From positions 768,001 through 832,000 of the forward strand of contig CBDDIJ010000002.1 of the NCBI GenBank assembly GCA_965228855.1: DNA of 64,000 nt. The letters run 5' to 3'. Shown in pieces: positions 19,403-29,903 of the stretch. Every line of letters begins with the position of its first letter. Position 1 is the first letter of the stretch. The DNA comes from Candidatus Obscuribacterales bacterium. GTDB taxonomy: Bacteria; Cyanobacteriota; Vampirovibrionia; Obscuribacterales; Obscuribacteraceae. The position numbers and the translations under genes are program-made. The notes under the pieces are model-generated. The model was not told where the DNA came from and did no database searches. It worked only from the letters and a program-made list of their open reading frames with translations.

Positions 19403-21097
19403 TTAATTAAGCGGACAAGCGCGCTCCACGATTTCGGACATATTGACGCCCGGATGAAGCGTTCCATAGTTCATGCCATGGTCGTGATCGAGACGCGAAG
19501 AAACAAACGCATCCACAACGCTATCAGGAGAGAATCGCACGACAAGCGAACCTTGAAGCGCGAGCGCCATGCGTTCCACCAGACGGCGCGTAGTCCGTTC
19601 GACACCCAGGTCTTTATTCAAGATTGCGCGTTTCACCGCTTGAAGTTCATTGATGACTTCGTCTGCATATTTGTCGAAACGAATATCAGAGCCGCCTGCC
19701 TTGTTCAACTCCGCCTGAATCGACTCTACGACGCCCTCTTCTTTGGCTACGGCACGTAACACGTCTAAACCGATCACATTGCCGGAACCTTCCCAGATCG
19801 AGTTCAAAGGACTCTCGCGGAACAATCGTGGCATGACCGACTCTTCCACATAACCCGCACCACCCATGCATTCCATGGCTTCGTAAGCGTGTTGCGGAGC
19901 CCGTTTGCAAATCCAGAATTTCGATACAGCGCTTACAATTCTTCTAAACGCCTGCTCTTCATTTGAAGAAGCCGTATCGTAAGACTCGGCTAAACGAAGA
20001 ACCAGCAGCGCCGCCGCTTCCGACTCTACAGCCAGGTCGGCAAGCACGTTTTGCATCAATTCCTGTTCAATCAGTTTCTTTCCAAAAGCAGAACGCTGAC
20101 TGCAATGGTGCACCGCCTGTAGTGTCGCCTGCCTCATCACGCTCGCGCTTCCAACCGCACAATCCAGACGTGTGTGGTTTACCATCTCGATAATCGTCGG
20201 CACGCCACGCCCCTCGTTACCAACCAGATAACCGATGGTGTCGCGGAATTCCACTTCCGATGAAGCGTTCGACTTGTTACCTAGTTTGTCTTTCAAACGC
20301 TGAATGAAGAAATTGTTTTTCGTTCCATCTTCAAGAAAGCGCGGCACGAGGAAACAGGACAAGCCATCTTGCGCTTGCGCGAGAATTAAAAACGCGTCCG
20401 ACATCGGAGCCGAGCAGAACCACTTATGACCGGTGATTCGATAAGGTTGCGCAGGTCCACGCTGACTTATCGGCACTGCTCTAGTCGTATTCGCTCTAAC
20501 GTCAGAACCGCCTTGCTTCTCAGTCATGCCCATCCCGAAAATCACGCCGGATTTCTCACCAGCCGGTTTCAACTTACCATCGTATCCGTTTAAAACCAGC
20601 CTGGGCTCCCAGATCTTTGCGAGTTCGGGTTGCAAACGCAGCGCCGGGACCACCGAGTAAGTCATTGACATAGGGCAGCAATGCCCGGCTTCCGTTTGAT
20701 ATGCCAGGTACATGAGAGCAGCGCGAGCGACATGGCTACCTTCTTGCTGCTGCGCCCAAGGCAGATTGTGCAAGCCATATTCAGCGGACAATCCCATCAT
20801 CTTATGAAACGCCGGATGGAAATCGACCTCGTCGATGCGATTACCAAACCGATCGAAGGTTTTCAACACAGGCGTGTAGCGATTTGCCTGATCGGCCCAC
20901 TCGAGAACCTCCGCGCTTCCCATGCGTTGTCCATAATCGGAGATCCGCTCATAAGCCCAGGATCCGCGGTGCCGTTTCAATCCATCAACAAGAACGATGT
21001 CTGACAGAAACAAATTGAAGTCAATCAGCGGTGTCGGTTGATTGAAAACTTCGTGAGTGAAGACAGTTGTCTTAGGCTCATCCTGGCAGATAGTCAT
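19403..21097 (-). CDS. aidB: AidB-like acyl-CoA dehydrogenase
   Basis: THEVFNQP, CPMSMTY, GMTEKQGGSDVRANTT, KLGNKSNASSEVEF, NSIWEGSGNV. Confidence 0.92.
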   Translation of the reverse strand: MTICQDEPKTTVFTHEVFNQPTPLIDFNLFLSDIVLVDGLKRHRGSWAYERISDYGQRMGSAEVLEWADQANRYTPVLKTFDRFGNRIDEVDFHPAFHKMMGLSAEYGLHNLPWAQQQEGSHVARAALMYLAYQTEAGHCCPMSMTYSVVPALRLQPELAKIWEPRLVLNGYDGKLKPAGEKSGVIFGMGMTEKQGGSDVRANTTRAVPISQRGPAQPYRITGHKWFCSAPMSDAFLILAQAQDGLSCFLVPRFLEDGTKNNFFIQRLKDKLGNKSNASSEVEFRDTIGYLVGNEGRGVPTIIEMVNHTRLDCAVGSASVMRQATLQAVHHCSQRSAFGKKLIEQELMQNVLADLAVESEAAALLVLRLAESYDTASSNEEQAFRRIVSAVSKFWICKRAPQHAYEAMECMGGAGYVEESVMPRLFRESPLNSIWEGSGNVIGLDVLRAVAKEEGVVESIQAELNKAGGSDIRFDKYADEVINELQAVKRAILNKDLGVERTTRRLVERMALALQGSLVVRFSPDSVVDAFVSSRLDHDHGMNYGTLHPGVNMSEIVERACPLN

Positions 21098-21304
21098 GTG
21101 GAATTCTCAGCTCCGTAGCCGATTGAGTGGGAGAATGAAAGATCGTACAACAACGAAGCGCCTATAAGCAATTTTCAGCTCAATTTGGTAATTGAGACCA
21201 AGAAGCTGACCTAGCCTGACAACAGCGCACTGGAAGAAATTAGCACACCAGAAACCTAAATTGGGATATGCTTTCATGCGGCAATTTCACCCAGGGAACT
21301 CACC

Positions 21305-23128
21305 ATGTCGGATGACTTATACGGCTCTGAGCGCAGAGAGTTCATGATCTCAGTCATGAACTTCTTTAAGACAGAACTTGGTATTGCACAGGTTGATTAC
21401 AACGCTGAGAAATTCCAAATAAACATCAACGACGGCTGCATCTATCTCGGCAACGCATTTGACGAATTCAAAGCTTGTAAATCCGATGAAGCAAAACAAG
21501 AAGTGCTTCAGCGATTTTTGAGCGGCATGCTCTCTGCTACTAGAGTGTTTGCTTTTGAAGAAGTTCGAGAACTTCTGCTTCCAGTTGTTCGCGACAGAAT
21601 GTTGGCGGAGAACCAAGAAATCGCCGCTTCTGCAGCAACAACCGTTGAAGAGCTCAAGCAAATACACGCAAATCTAGCTGGCGAAATCGTAGGTGAACAC
21701 TACGTATCGATGCTTGCTGTAGATTCTGAAGATAGCATCTCATTCGTCCACCCTTCCGTAGCAAACGAGTGGAACACGCCGATTGAAGATCTCATGAAGA
21801 TAGCGGTAGAAAACTTGAGCAAGATCAGCTCCAAAGCTTTCGTCGAAGTATCAGATGGTGTCTTCGTCTCCGGATGGCAAGACACATACGACACATCCAG
21901 AATTCTCTTGACCGACAAAATTCGAGAAGAGTGCAAAGTCAAGGGCCATCATCTGGCATTTCTTCCAAATCGTGACTACGTGTTCATAACCGGCTCCGAT
22001 GATGCGCTCGGAATCGAAGTTGTACTGGACATGTGCAAAGACCTGGAAAACTCAGCGCGGCCACTATATATGGTGCCATTAGTTCTACAGGAAAACAGAT
22101 GGGAGGTCTTTTATCCTAACGAATATCATCCCTGCTACCACGAACTTCGCCTGGCTCGAATCAGAGGACTGAGCGGAATTTACGATCATAGTCAAATGAC
22201 TCTAGAAGAAAAGCTAGCGGAAGACGTTTTCCTCGCAAAGTTCACGGCGCTTGGTTCGGAGGAGTCACCGGAAGTCTTTACTATGTGCGTTTGGAGCTGT
22301 AAGTCTCTTCTACCGAAAACCGAATGGATAAACTTCATTGAAGTAGATAAAAACACAGAACGAGGTGAATCCCTCGGATTGGCTCGCTGGGAAGACGTAG
22401 AAACCCACCTAGGAAATAAATTCACGATCACCTTGCCGTACCCACCGCGAGTGCTTGTGAGCGACTTGAATAAGGGGCAGCTTCAAGGTATGAAGCTGCA
22501 AAAAGACTTCCCTCGCGTTGAGGCGCAACCCAAAATGGCACTACCTGTAGTTCCTTACATGGAAGCTCTAAATTCGGCGAGAGAACGATTTATGTTCACC
22601 TACGACAGCCTTCTGGAGGCGATGAAAGGTCAAGAAAAATCCGCTCCGGAAGTCATGTTTGAGGCACCTGGTGACGCCCCACTTCCTTTCAGAGTGAAAC
22701 GTGTTGACTATTTAGTCAACGAAAACGGTAGCCTGCAAACTACTTTAATTGAGGGCGCAAGCATTCCGATTGCGCCAAGAGAGTACAAAACGGCTGAAGG
22801 TCTGCGGTTAACTCTCAAGTCTATTTCCTGGCAGTTCGTGGAGTTTGCCTGCAATAAATTCGATAGCAGCAATTCGAAATTTATGGAGTGGTGCACGTAT
22901 TGGATGGATCTGGATGACAAATTTGCAAGCAACGAAGATGGACTATCGGGCGTTCTGCATTTCGTGTCCAATCCGGAGTGCGCAGATGAGGAGACCATTT
23001 TTTACGTAGACTTTGGTTCTGCACCACTAAAGTGCTTTTCGTCACTAATGGAAGTTTTGTCCGAAATTGGAGTCCGGCAAGTCACTGCGCGGACCCCCTG
23101 GAACACATTGCTCAGGTCAGGCGATTGA
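21305..23128 (+). CDS. Hypothetical acidic protein (N-terminal part DUF1444-like)
   Basis: 607-aa ORF; LLPVVR, AVDSEDSI, IAVENL, YDTSRILL, PNRD pattern. Confidence 0.7.
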   Translation: MSDDLYGSERREFMISVMNFFKTELGIAQVDYNAEKFQININDGCIYLGNAFDEFKACKSDEAKQEVLQRFLSGMLSATRVFAFEEVRELLLPVVRDRMLAENQEIAASAATTVEELKQIHANLAGEIVGEHYVSMLAVDSEDSISFVHPSVANEWNTPIEDLMKIAVENLSKISSKAFVEVSDGVFVSGWQDTYDTSRILLTDKIREECKVKGHHLAFLPNRDYVFITGSDDALGIEVVLDMCKDLENSARPLYMVPLVLQENRWEVFYPNEYHPCYHELRLARIRGLSGIYDHSQMTLEEKLAEDVFLAKFTALGSEESPEVFTMCVWSCKSLLPKTEWINFIEVDKNTERGESLGLARWEDVETHLGNKFTITLPYPPRVLVSDLNKGQLQGMKLQKDFPRVEAQPKMALPVVPYMEALNSARERFMFTYDSLLEAMKGQEKSAPEVMFEAPGDAPLPFRVKRVDYLVNENGSLQTTLIEGASIPIAPREYKTAEGLRLTLKSISWQFVEFACNKFDSSNSKFMEWCTYWMDLDDKFASNEDGLSGVLHFVSNPECADEETIFYVDFGSAPLKCFSSLMEVLSEIGVRQVTARTPWNTLLRSGD

Positions 23129-23207
23129 GAAACAGCCATTGAAGTCAGTCTTAGCCTGCACTTGCTGCATCGCTCGTGGCGATCGAGTCAAGTTCGTTTC
23201 TTCCAAC

Positions 23208-24449
23208 CTACTTCGCTTGAACCGGCATCAGCAGATATTTGTATTGCTCGTCACCAACGCCCTTAAGAATGAGCGGCTTCAATGAACCGGTCATCTCCAG
23301 GCGAATCTCATTGACGCTCAATCTCTGAAGCACATCGAGAATGTAGCGCACGTTGACAGCGACATCAAGAGGCTGACCTTCGAACTTCACGGAAACCTCT
23401 TCCTGAGCGCGTCCTACGTCAGGAGTGTTGGCGGTGATTTGAAGGTTCTCGTCCTCGAAATGCATTTTCACAAGGTGAGTGCGATCGTCGGACATGACCG
23501 ATACACGCTCGATTGCGCGGACCAGCTCTTCACGATTGAAGTGTGCACAATGTTTGAATTCTGTAGGAAACAGTTCCTGATACCGCGGATATTCCCCTGA
23601 AATCAGGCGTGTCGAGAGGAAATGACTTTCGGTTTCGAACACGATTTGACCATCTGCCAAACCAATTCTCACTTCACCAGGAGTAAATTTGTCTGCGCTC
23701 TTCGGCTCATCGGAAGCCGATTTATCGTTCTTCGCGCTGGCGTCGGAACCATCCATCAACTTGACGATTTCGTTGCAAGCTTTAGCCGGAATGATGGCGC
23801 GGAGCATTCCACCTTTTTCAAGAGTCGCTGTTGCAGCCTTGCCTTCCGTTTCCTTATCGCCCTCGGTCTTCCCTGCTTGCGCAACGAGAGCGGTGAGTTC
23901 TTCTCTTCTGTGAGCCAAACGGCTGCCATCGGTCGCGGTGCACTCGAAATTGCCATCAGCGAGGAGAATGTACACACCACCGAGAATGCTGCTCGCATCA
24001 TATCCGGCAGCGGCGAAAGCGGTTTGAGCGATTGATTTTTTGAGAACCATCGCGGGCATGAGAACGGAGCTTTCCGGGCGGGCATCCGTCACTTTGGGAA
24101 ACTCGGCTGCCGGCAAACCGGTGATGTTGAATTTGGAGCGTTTGCAGGTGACCGCGACATCACTGTTTTCAACGTTCACTTGAAACGAAACCAATTCATT
24201 CGGAAGCTTGGAAACGATCTCAAGCAGTTTCTTACCGGGCAACGTGATTGCACCGGCTGTGTGAACGATGGCAGAAACCTTGGTCTCGATACATAGATCC
24301 AAATCAGTGGCTTGAAACTTGATTTGAGTTTCACCGTTCGATTCGATAAGCACATTGCTCAAGATTGGCTGAACAACTCTTGTTGCCAGAGCGCTTGTCA
24401 CGTCTCTCAATGCACGAACTAGAGTGTCCTTCTGGACTGAAAAGTGCAT
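23208..24449 (-). CDS. dnaN: DNA polymerase III beta clamp
   Basis: QPILSNVLI, ATDLD, ATDGSRL, RLISGEYPRY, YLLMPV; downstream of dnaA. Confidence 0.97.
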   Translation of the reverse strand: MHFSVQKDTLVRALRDVTSALATRVVQPILSNVLIESNGETQIKFQATDLDLCIETKVSAIVHTAGAITLPGKKLLEIVSKLPNELVSFQVNVENSDVAVTCKRSKFNITGLPAAEFPKVTDARPESSVLMPAMVLKKSIAQTAFAAAGYDASSILGGVYILLADGNFECTATDGSRLAHRREELTALVAQAGKTEGDKETEGKAATATLEKGGMLRAIIPAKACNEIVKLMDGSDASAKNDKSASDEPKSADKFTPGEVRIGLADGQIVFETESHFLSTRLISGEYPRYQELFPTEFKHCAHFNREELVRAIERVSVMSDDRTHLVKMHFEDENLQITANTPDVGRAQEEVSVKFEGQPLDVAVNVRYILDVLQRLSVNEIRLEMTGSLKPLILKGVGDEQYKYLLMPVQAK

Positions 24450-24752
24450 ATTGCCTACCTCGCCACTTCAACTTTTTGGAACAGCCTATATGGTACAGCC
24501 CTGAAGGCTCTCGATCTTTAGTGCGGACCAATAAAACTATGTACTCTGAATTAACAAAATTGATTGAATAAGGAGTAATAGGGGAGCCGATTTTCTGTAA
24601 GTAACGCTTGAAACGCCTGCTGGTACCGGATCTGCCATGTAGGAAACTTGTAGGCGGAAAATACAGGGGATGACAAAACTAACTCGAAATTGAAATTACT
24701 GACTTTCGGCCTACAAACCTGCAACAGGTTTTCTACAAGTTGCGCACAGGGG
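24450..24752. other. Putative replication origin oriC (dnaA-dnaN intergenic region)
   Basis: DnaA-box-like 9-mers with 11-bp spacing, a GC-rich spacer, DnaA-trio-like repeats at 24567-24581 and an AT-rich flank. Confidence 0.75.
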
Positions 24753-26474
24753 CTAATTGCCCAACTGGCGCTTGATTTGAGAAACAACTGCCGCCACTGC
24801 CGGATCTCCGACGAGTAGCTCCTTTACCTTATTGTCTGCATATATAGCGGATGTGTGTTTGCGATTTCCGAATGCCTGTCCGATTCTTGGAAAGCTCAAA
24901 CTCATCAAGTCATGCGCCAGGTGCATGGCGATGTGGCGAGGAGTCGTCAGGTCTCCGGCTCTACTCTTGCCTTTTAGATCAACCGGGTCGAGTTTGTAAT
25001 GCTCGGCAACCGCCTTGATAATCGTCTCGACCGTTAAGGATGGCTTGGAAACAGGCGTTCCGTGTGGAGTCAGCAAGGTGTGGAGAGAATGTTGATCGAC
25101 TTTTTGTCCGGTCAGGTTTGCATATGCGTTGACCCGTATAAGCGCACCTTCAAGTTCTCTAATATTGGTAGTGAATAAACTAGCGATGTGGTTTAGCGCC
25201 GAATCATCAATGACGATTCCGTCGAGGTCGCACTTCTTGCGAAGGATCGCCAGACGAGTTTCGTAATCCGGCGCTTGAATGTCGGATATCAGCCCCCATT
25301 CGAATCGGCTGCGTAAGCGCTCCTCCAGGCGTGAGAACGCCCTGGGAGGACGGTCTGAGGTCAGGATTATCTGCTTGCCCGCATCTCGCAGAGCATTGAA
25401 GGTGTGGAAGAACTCTTCCTGGGTCGATTCCTTGCCTTCGATAAACTGAATGTCGTCGATTAGCAGGACATCGTTGTATCTGTATCGCTTGCGGAACTCG
25501 CCCGTCGACTTGTCCTTAATAGAGTTGATCAGATCGTTGGTGAATCGCTCACAAGTCAAATATCGAATTTGAGCGTTTGGATTGTTCTCCAGAATCGCGT
25601 GACCGATCGCTTGCATCAAGTGTGTTTTGCCGAGTCCGACGCCGCCGTAAATGAACAGGGGGTTGTAGTTGTTGCCTGGATTTTGCGCTACCGCGAGAGC
25701 GGCTGAGTGGCAGAAACTGTTGTTTGAACCGACTACAAAGGTTGAAAACGTGTACTTGGGATTTAAACCTGAGCGCGTGAGATCGATCGGTCGTGATGGT
25801 CGTGGAACAGGATTCGCGGGCAATCTACCCATCTGCGGAGACGCGCCGGTTCTTGCCGCCTGCAAATCCTGTTGCTGAAACCCAGGCATAGAGCCGAAAC
25901 CGTTTTGACCGTGGTTGTTTTGCGGTATTGAAACGTTTCCACTTGCTTGTGCCTGCGGCACTGTATATGGTGTCGCTGGCACAGCAGTCGGTTTAAACAA
26001 CTCCTGCTGAGAATAGGCTTGAGAAGGGGTGTTTAAAGTGGGAGAGAACGCCGTCGGTGATTGCGCGAAAGTAGAATTATGCGATGTTGAAATCTTCGGT
26101 CCGGTCGAATAGGGTGATGCACCAGCCTGCGGGAGAGCGCTTGGCGCCGATGTTTCATTGGACAGATCCGCAAACGTTCCTGTGTAAACGGCCGGCGCGA
26201 CGGAAGAGTCCACTACGAAGTCGACCTTGACCGGAACTCCGGTAACTTTCTCAAGAGCTTCCTGGATCTGCTGTTTATGACGAAGAAGCAAAGTCTGATA
26301 GAACGAGTTCACGACTGCTACGACAGCCAAGCCGTTAGTGAACTTAGTCAAGTCCACCGCTGTCTGTAGAACCGCGAACACTCCCGGAGAAGCAGTTGAC
26401 GATAATTGTTTGAGGGCGTCAGCCCATATTTGCGGAACTGGTTTTAAATATCGGACATCGTCACTTGTGTGCAT
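24753..26474 (-). CDS. dnaA: Chromosomal replication initiator DnaA (start uncertain; ORF open to 26609)
   Basis: LNPKYTF, YNPLFIYGGVGLGKTHL, LLIDDIQF, QEEFFHTFN, NIRELEGAL. Confidence 0.97.
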   Translation of the reverse strand: MHTSDDVRYLKPVPQIWADALKQLSSTASPGVFAVLQTAVDLTKFTNGLAVVAVVNSFYQTLLLRHKQQIQEALEKVTGVPVKVDFVVDSSVAPAVYTGTFADLSNETSAPSALPQAGASPYSTGPKISTSHNSTFAQSPTAFSPTLNTPSQAYSQQELFKPTAVPATPYTVPQAQASGNVSIPQNNHGQNGFGSMPGFQQQDLQAARTGASPQMGRLPANPVPRPSRPIDLTRSGLNPKYTFSTFVVGSNNSFCHSAALAVAQNPGNNYNPLFIYGGVGLGKTHLMQAIGHAILENNPNAQIRYLTCERFTNDLINSIKDKSTGEFRKRYRYNDVLLIDDIQFIEGKESTQEEFFHTFNALRDAGKQIILTSDRPPRAFSRLEERLRSRFEWGLISDIQAPDYETRLAILRKKCDLDGIVIDDSALNHIASLFTTNIRELEGALIRVNAYANLTGQKVDQHSLHTLLTPHGTPVSKPSLTVETIIKAVAEHYKLDPVDLKGKSRAGDLTTPRHIAMHLAHDLMSLSFPRIGQAFGNRKHTSAIYADNKVKELLVGDPAVAAVVSQIKRQLGN

Positions 26475-26914
26475 CTTCTTGAAAGACCTGGTTTCTGTGC
26501 TGCTTTTAACGCGATCCGTTTCAAAACGAATCAATAAAAACTGCTGGCGCTTCGGTGACCCGTCGATACTTCGAGAAAAATTACAGGACGGCTGATTGCC
26601 GATGATCACTTGATTGCCGATGATACGGAAATCAAATGTACCCTGAAAAATTTCTCAAAGAGTCGATCAACCGGAAGCGTGCCCGCAAGAAAATTCGCAA
26701 GCTTCAAGAGACGACGATCCTCATGCCGAGCTAGAAAACAATACCGACACAAAAGAATTCGTGCCGGCTCTAATTCAGCCTAAGGACTGTAAATTTTTCA
26801 TCGGTCGGGCTTGTGACCGACGCCAACTTTATTGCGAAAAATGATAGCATGACGTTTCATCAGAAGACATGCCAACATTTTTAACATTGGCGCTGTGCCA
26901 GGAGACTTTGGCTC

Positions 26915-27049
26915 ATGAAACGTACATTGCGTGGATCAAAACTGAAAGCGAAGAAAGACAGCGGTTTTCTCAGCCGCATGTCTTCCAAGTCCGGAAGAAA
27001 AGTACTCAAAAAACGTCGCCAGAAAGGGCGTTATCGTTTAGCCGTTTAG
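26915..27049 (+). CDS. rpmH: 50S ribosomal protein bL34 (below the ORF-track cutoff)
   Basis: MKRTLRGSKLKAKKDSGFLSRMSSKSGRKVLKKRRQKGRYRLAV; RBS AGGAG; conserved position between dnaA and rnpA. Confidence 0.95.
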   Translation: MKRTLRGSKLKAKKDSGFLSRMSSKSGRKVLKKRRQKGRYRLAV

Positions 27050-27060
27050 GCTGACTGACG

Positions 27061-27483
27061 GTGTTACCGTCGGTTGAGAGACTTCGTCGGGCAGGCGTAT
27101 TCCAACGTGCATATAACCGGAGAATGGTTGTAAGCACGTCGGTTTTGTCTTTGTATGTATTACCGAAAGAAAAGAAGACCAGCGAAAGGGGTAAGAGTAC
27201 TTGGCGCCCGCTCGCTGGTTTTGTCGTAGCCAAGAAAGTATCGAAGAGTGCTTGCAAGCGAAACCGCGCCAAGCGTCAGATTCGCGAAGTCTACAGGCTT
27301 CTACGATCGGCTGTTTTTGACGGCGAGCGTGAGGATATCGCTCTTCAAGACTGGTACGCGATCGTCTTCGTGGCTCACGAGCGAGCCATCGAAGCTGATT
27401 TCAACGAGATCAAAGCATCAGTTACTGACGTTCTTGTTCGCGCCTCCGGCAAAACCCGCAAGGACAGGCGACCCGCCAAATGA
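27061..27483 (+). CDS. rnpA: Ribonuclease P protein component
   Basis: RL...FQ..Y, GFVVAKKV, ACKRNRAKRQIRE. Confidence 0.95.
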   Translation: MLPSVERLRRAGVFQRAYNRRMVVSTSVLSLYVLPKEKKTSERGKSTWRPLAGFVVAKKVSKSACKRNRAKRQIREVYRLLRSAVFDGEREDIALQDWYAIVFVAHERAIEADFNEIKASVTDVLVRASGKTRKDRRPAK

Positions 27484-27622
27484 TGATCAACTCGTTAATA
27501 AGTGAGCACTGTTGCCAATAGACGGCGATAATGTTTTAAACCGGTCGAACCAAACTTTTTCAACTTACAACCGGAATCACCGAACCGTCCATATTTAGCT
27601 CAATTGGAATTATACGTAACAA

Positions 27623-27901
27623 ATGAGATCTTCAAGTTTTAAGCGACTGCCTGGTTTTCTGGCGATCGGCTTGATTCGCCTGTATCAGAAAACCAGGATT
27701 TTGAGAGCGCCATCATGCAGGTTTTATCCATCCTGTTCAGAATATATGGCAAGAAGCATAGATGCCAACGGGCTGATGCAGGGTGTGATTGCTGGGGCAA
27801 TCAGAATTTGCAAATGCAATCCGTTCCATCCTGGTGGTGTTGACGAAGTCGCTGTACGAGCCGGTTCCGATGAGAGAGCCGCAAGCAAAACAAGAGGGTA
27901 A
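27623..27901 (+). CDS. yidD: Membrane protein insertion efficiency factor
   Basis: CRFYPSCSEY...RICKCNPFHPGGVD. Confidence 0.93.
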   Translation: MRSSSFKRLPGFLAIGLIRLYQKTRILRAPSCRFYPSCSEYMARSIDANGLMQGVIAGAIRICKCNPFHPGGVDEVAVRAGSDERAASKTRG

Positions 27902-27904
27902 CCG

Positions 27905-29143
27905 GTGGATCTGACATATTCTTTCATGCTTCCTTTGCTGCAAGCGTTCCAAAAATGGAGCGGCAGCTACGGTTGGTCGCTTGTTCTGCTCACCCTGTTC
28001 GTGCGTTTGATTCTGTGGCCGCTGGTCGCTAAACAGACCGAGTCGATGCAACGCATGTCGATGCTGTCTCCGACCCTGAAGAAGTTGCAGAACAAGTACA
28101 AGGGCGAACCTGAGCTTATGCAGAAGAAGCTCATGGAGTTCTACGCCAAGAACAAGGTCAACCCCATGGGCGGCTGCTTGCCAATGCTTTTGCAACTGCC
28201 GATTTTCTTCGCTCTTTTCGCGACGTTCAGCGGTCCGCCTTTCGGCGACAAGCCGGTTCAAGTTCACGTCAAGGTTGTATCGGCAAAAGACGTCAATTCC
28301 ACGAAGAAGGAAACCTCCGGAGACAACATTCCCTACGTTTCCAAAGACGGCGCTCTCAGTAAAGTTACCGTTTTTCCCGGTGAAACCGAAATCAGCCCCG
28401 GCGGTAAGATTGATTTTGCCACTCGCGCGGTCGATGGCTCGCTGCCTGCCGACTTCAAAGTCGAGTGGCGCGTAGTCAAGGATAACCAGCCCGCCAAGGA
28501 GGACGCTGCCACTATCGACCAGGAAGGTCACGCTAGTTTCCTGAAAGAGGGCGATTATCAGGTCCAGGCGATGGTTCCAGGTATCGCGAAAAATGATTCG
28601 TTCGGTTTCGTCACCGGATTGGGTAAAGTCGCATCCGGTATGGCATTGCTGCAACCGCAAAACTTCGACGCACTCGGATTGATCATCGCATTCGGCATCA
28701 GCATGTGGATTTCGCAGAAATACACAATGTCTACAAGTCGTCCGAAAGATGAAGAGATGGATGAGCAGACAAGAGTGCAGCAAGACACAATGAAGATCTT
28801 GCCCCTTGTCACGACGGCGACGTTTTTCTTTATCCCGTTGCCGGTTGGTGTGCTAATCTACATAGTCTTATCTAACATGGTGCAATCATTCCAGACCTGG
28901 TTGCTCATGAAGAAGCCCGCTCAGCCATTGGTTGGAATCGACGAACTTGGTCTTGATGACCCACTACCACCTTCTGGTGGCGGCTCGGGCGGCAGCAAAA
29001 AGAAGAAGGGCCCGAAGACTGATGGCCCGGACGGCGATTCGGCGGCGGACGTGAATGTAGCCGATAAGCCCAAGGATGTGGAAGGCAGTGTCTCTCCGGA
29101 CGCGTTCGGCAGAGGCAAATCAAAGAAAAAGAAGAAGAAGTGA
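27905..29143 (+). CDS. yidC: Membrane protein insertase YidC
   Basis: YGWSLVLLTLFVRLILWPL, VNPMGGCLPMLLQLPIF, LPVGVLIY; GTG start. Confidence 0.95.
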   Translation: MDLTYSFMLPLLQAFQKWSGSYGWSLVLLTLFVRLILWPLVAKQTESMQRMSMLSPTLKKLQNKYKGEPELMQKKLMEFYAKNKVNPMGGCLPMLLQLPIFFALFATFSGPPFGDKPVQVHVKVVSAKDVNSTKKETSGDNIPYVSKDGALSKVTVFPGETEISPGGKIDFATRAVDGSLPADFKVEWRVVKDNQPAKEDAATIDQEGHASFLKEGDYQVQAMVPGIAKNDSFGFVTGLGKVASGMALLQPQNFDALGLIIAFGISMWISQKYTMSTSRPKDEEMDEQTRVQQDTMKILPLVTTATFFFIPLPVGVLIYIVLSNMVQSFQTWLLMKKPAQPLVGIDELGLDDPLPPSGGGSGGSKKKKGPKTDGPDGDSAADVNVADKPKDVEGSVSPDAFGRGKSKKKKKK

Positions 29144-29146
29144 GTC

Positions 29147-29770
29147 ATGAATCAATTCGCAGACACATTTGATGAAAACGCCCAGAGCTACTTGGAAAAG
29201 ATCCTGGCAATTCTAGACATCGAAGCCACGGTTATTCCTGAGGATCTCGACGACACGACAACCAGCTACCGGATCGAATGCAAGGCGGATGATGCCAGAA
29301 TGCTGATCGGTAGAAACGGCAAGACTCTTGAATCACTCCAGTTCGTCGTTCGACAAATGTGCCGCAGCAACATGATTACTCACAATCCGTTTGTGATCGA
29401 CGTTCTCGACTATCGTGCCCGTCGCCGGCGAACAATGGAAGAACAAGCGAAGAAGGGCGCCGTAGCTGTTTTGAACGGTGATGAGGAGCGCTTTGCGCTT
29501 GAGCCGATGAATCCCTACGATCGCCGTCTGGTTCACAATTACTTGCAAGACAACTTCCCCGAATTATCCTCTGACAGTGAAGGTGAGGGCGAAGAGCGTC
29601 ACATTGTTATCAGCTATCGCGGTTTGGACGAAGATGGTCAAGATAACAAGAAAGCCAAGCGCGTCGCCGCCGATGACAGTGAAGATGATTTCGACGGTGA
29701 TTTCGATAGCGACGAAGAAGACGAATTCGACGACAGCGAAGAAGAAAAGGCCGAAGCTGTAAAAGAGTAG
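29147..29770 (+). CDS. jag: Jag/KhpB RNA-binding protein (KH + R3H)
   Basis: LIGRNGKTLESLQ, LEPMNPYDRRLVH, SEGEGEERH; acidic tail. Confidence 0.92.
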   Translation: MNQFADTFDENAQSYLEKILAILDIEATVIPEDLDDTTTSYRIECKADDARMLIGRNGKTLESLQFVVRQMCRSNMITHNPFVIDVLDYRARRRRTMEEQAKKGAVAVLNGDEERFALEPMNPYDRRLVHNYLQDNFPELSSDSEGEGEERHIVISYRGLDEDGQDNKKAKRVAADDSEDDFDGDFDSDEEDEFDDSEEEKAEAVKE

Positions 29771-29903
29771 TTTCTCGATCGGAACCTTCAATTTTAAAAC
29801 CGTTCCAGTTCAGCTCATGGGAAACTCCCCATTGTGTGTAATGGATGTCAGGGGTTATGGTTGCCTTAACGATACCCCGTTTCTATTTCACTCAAGCAAA
29901 AAT

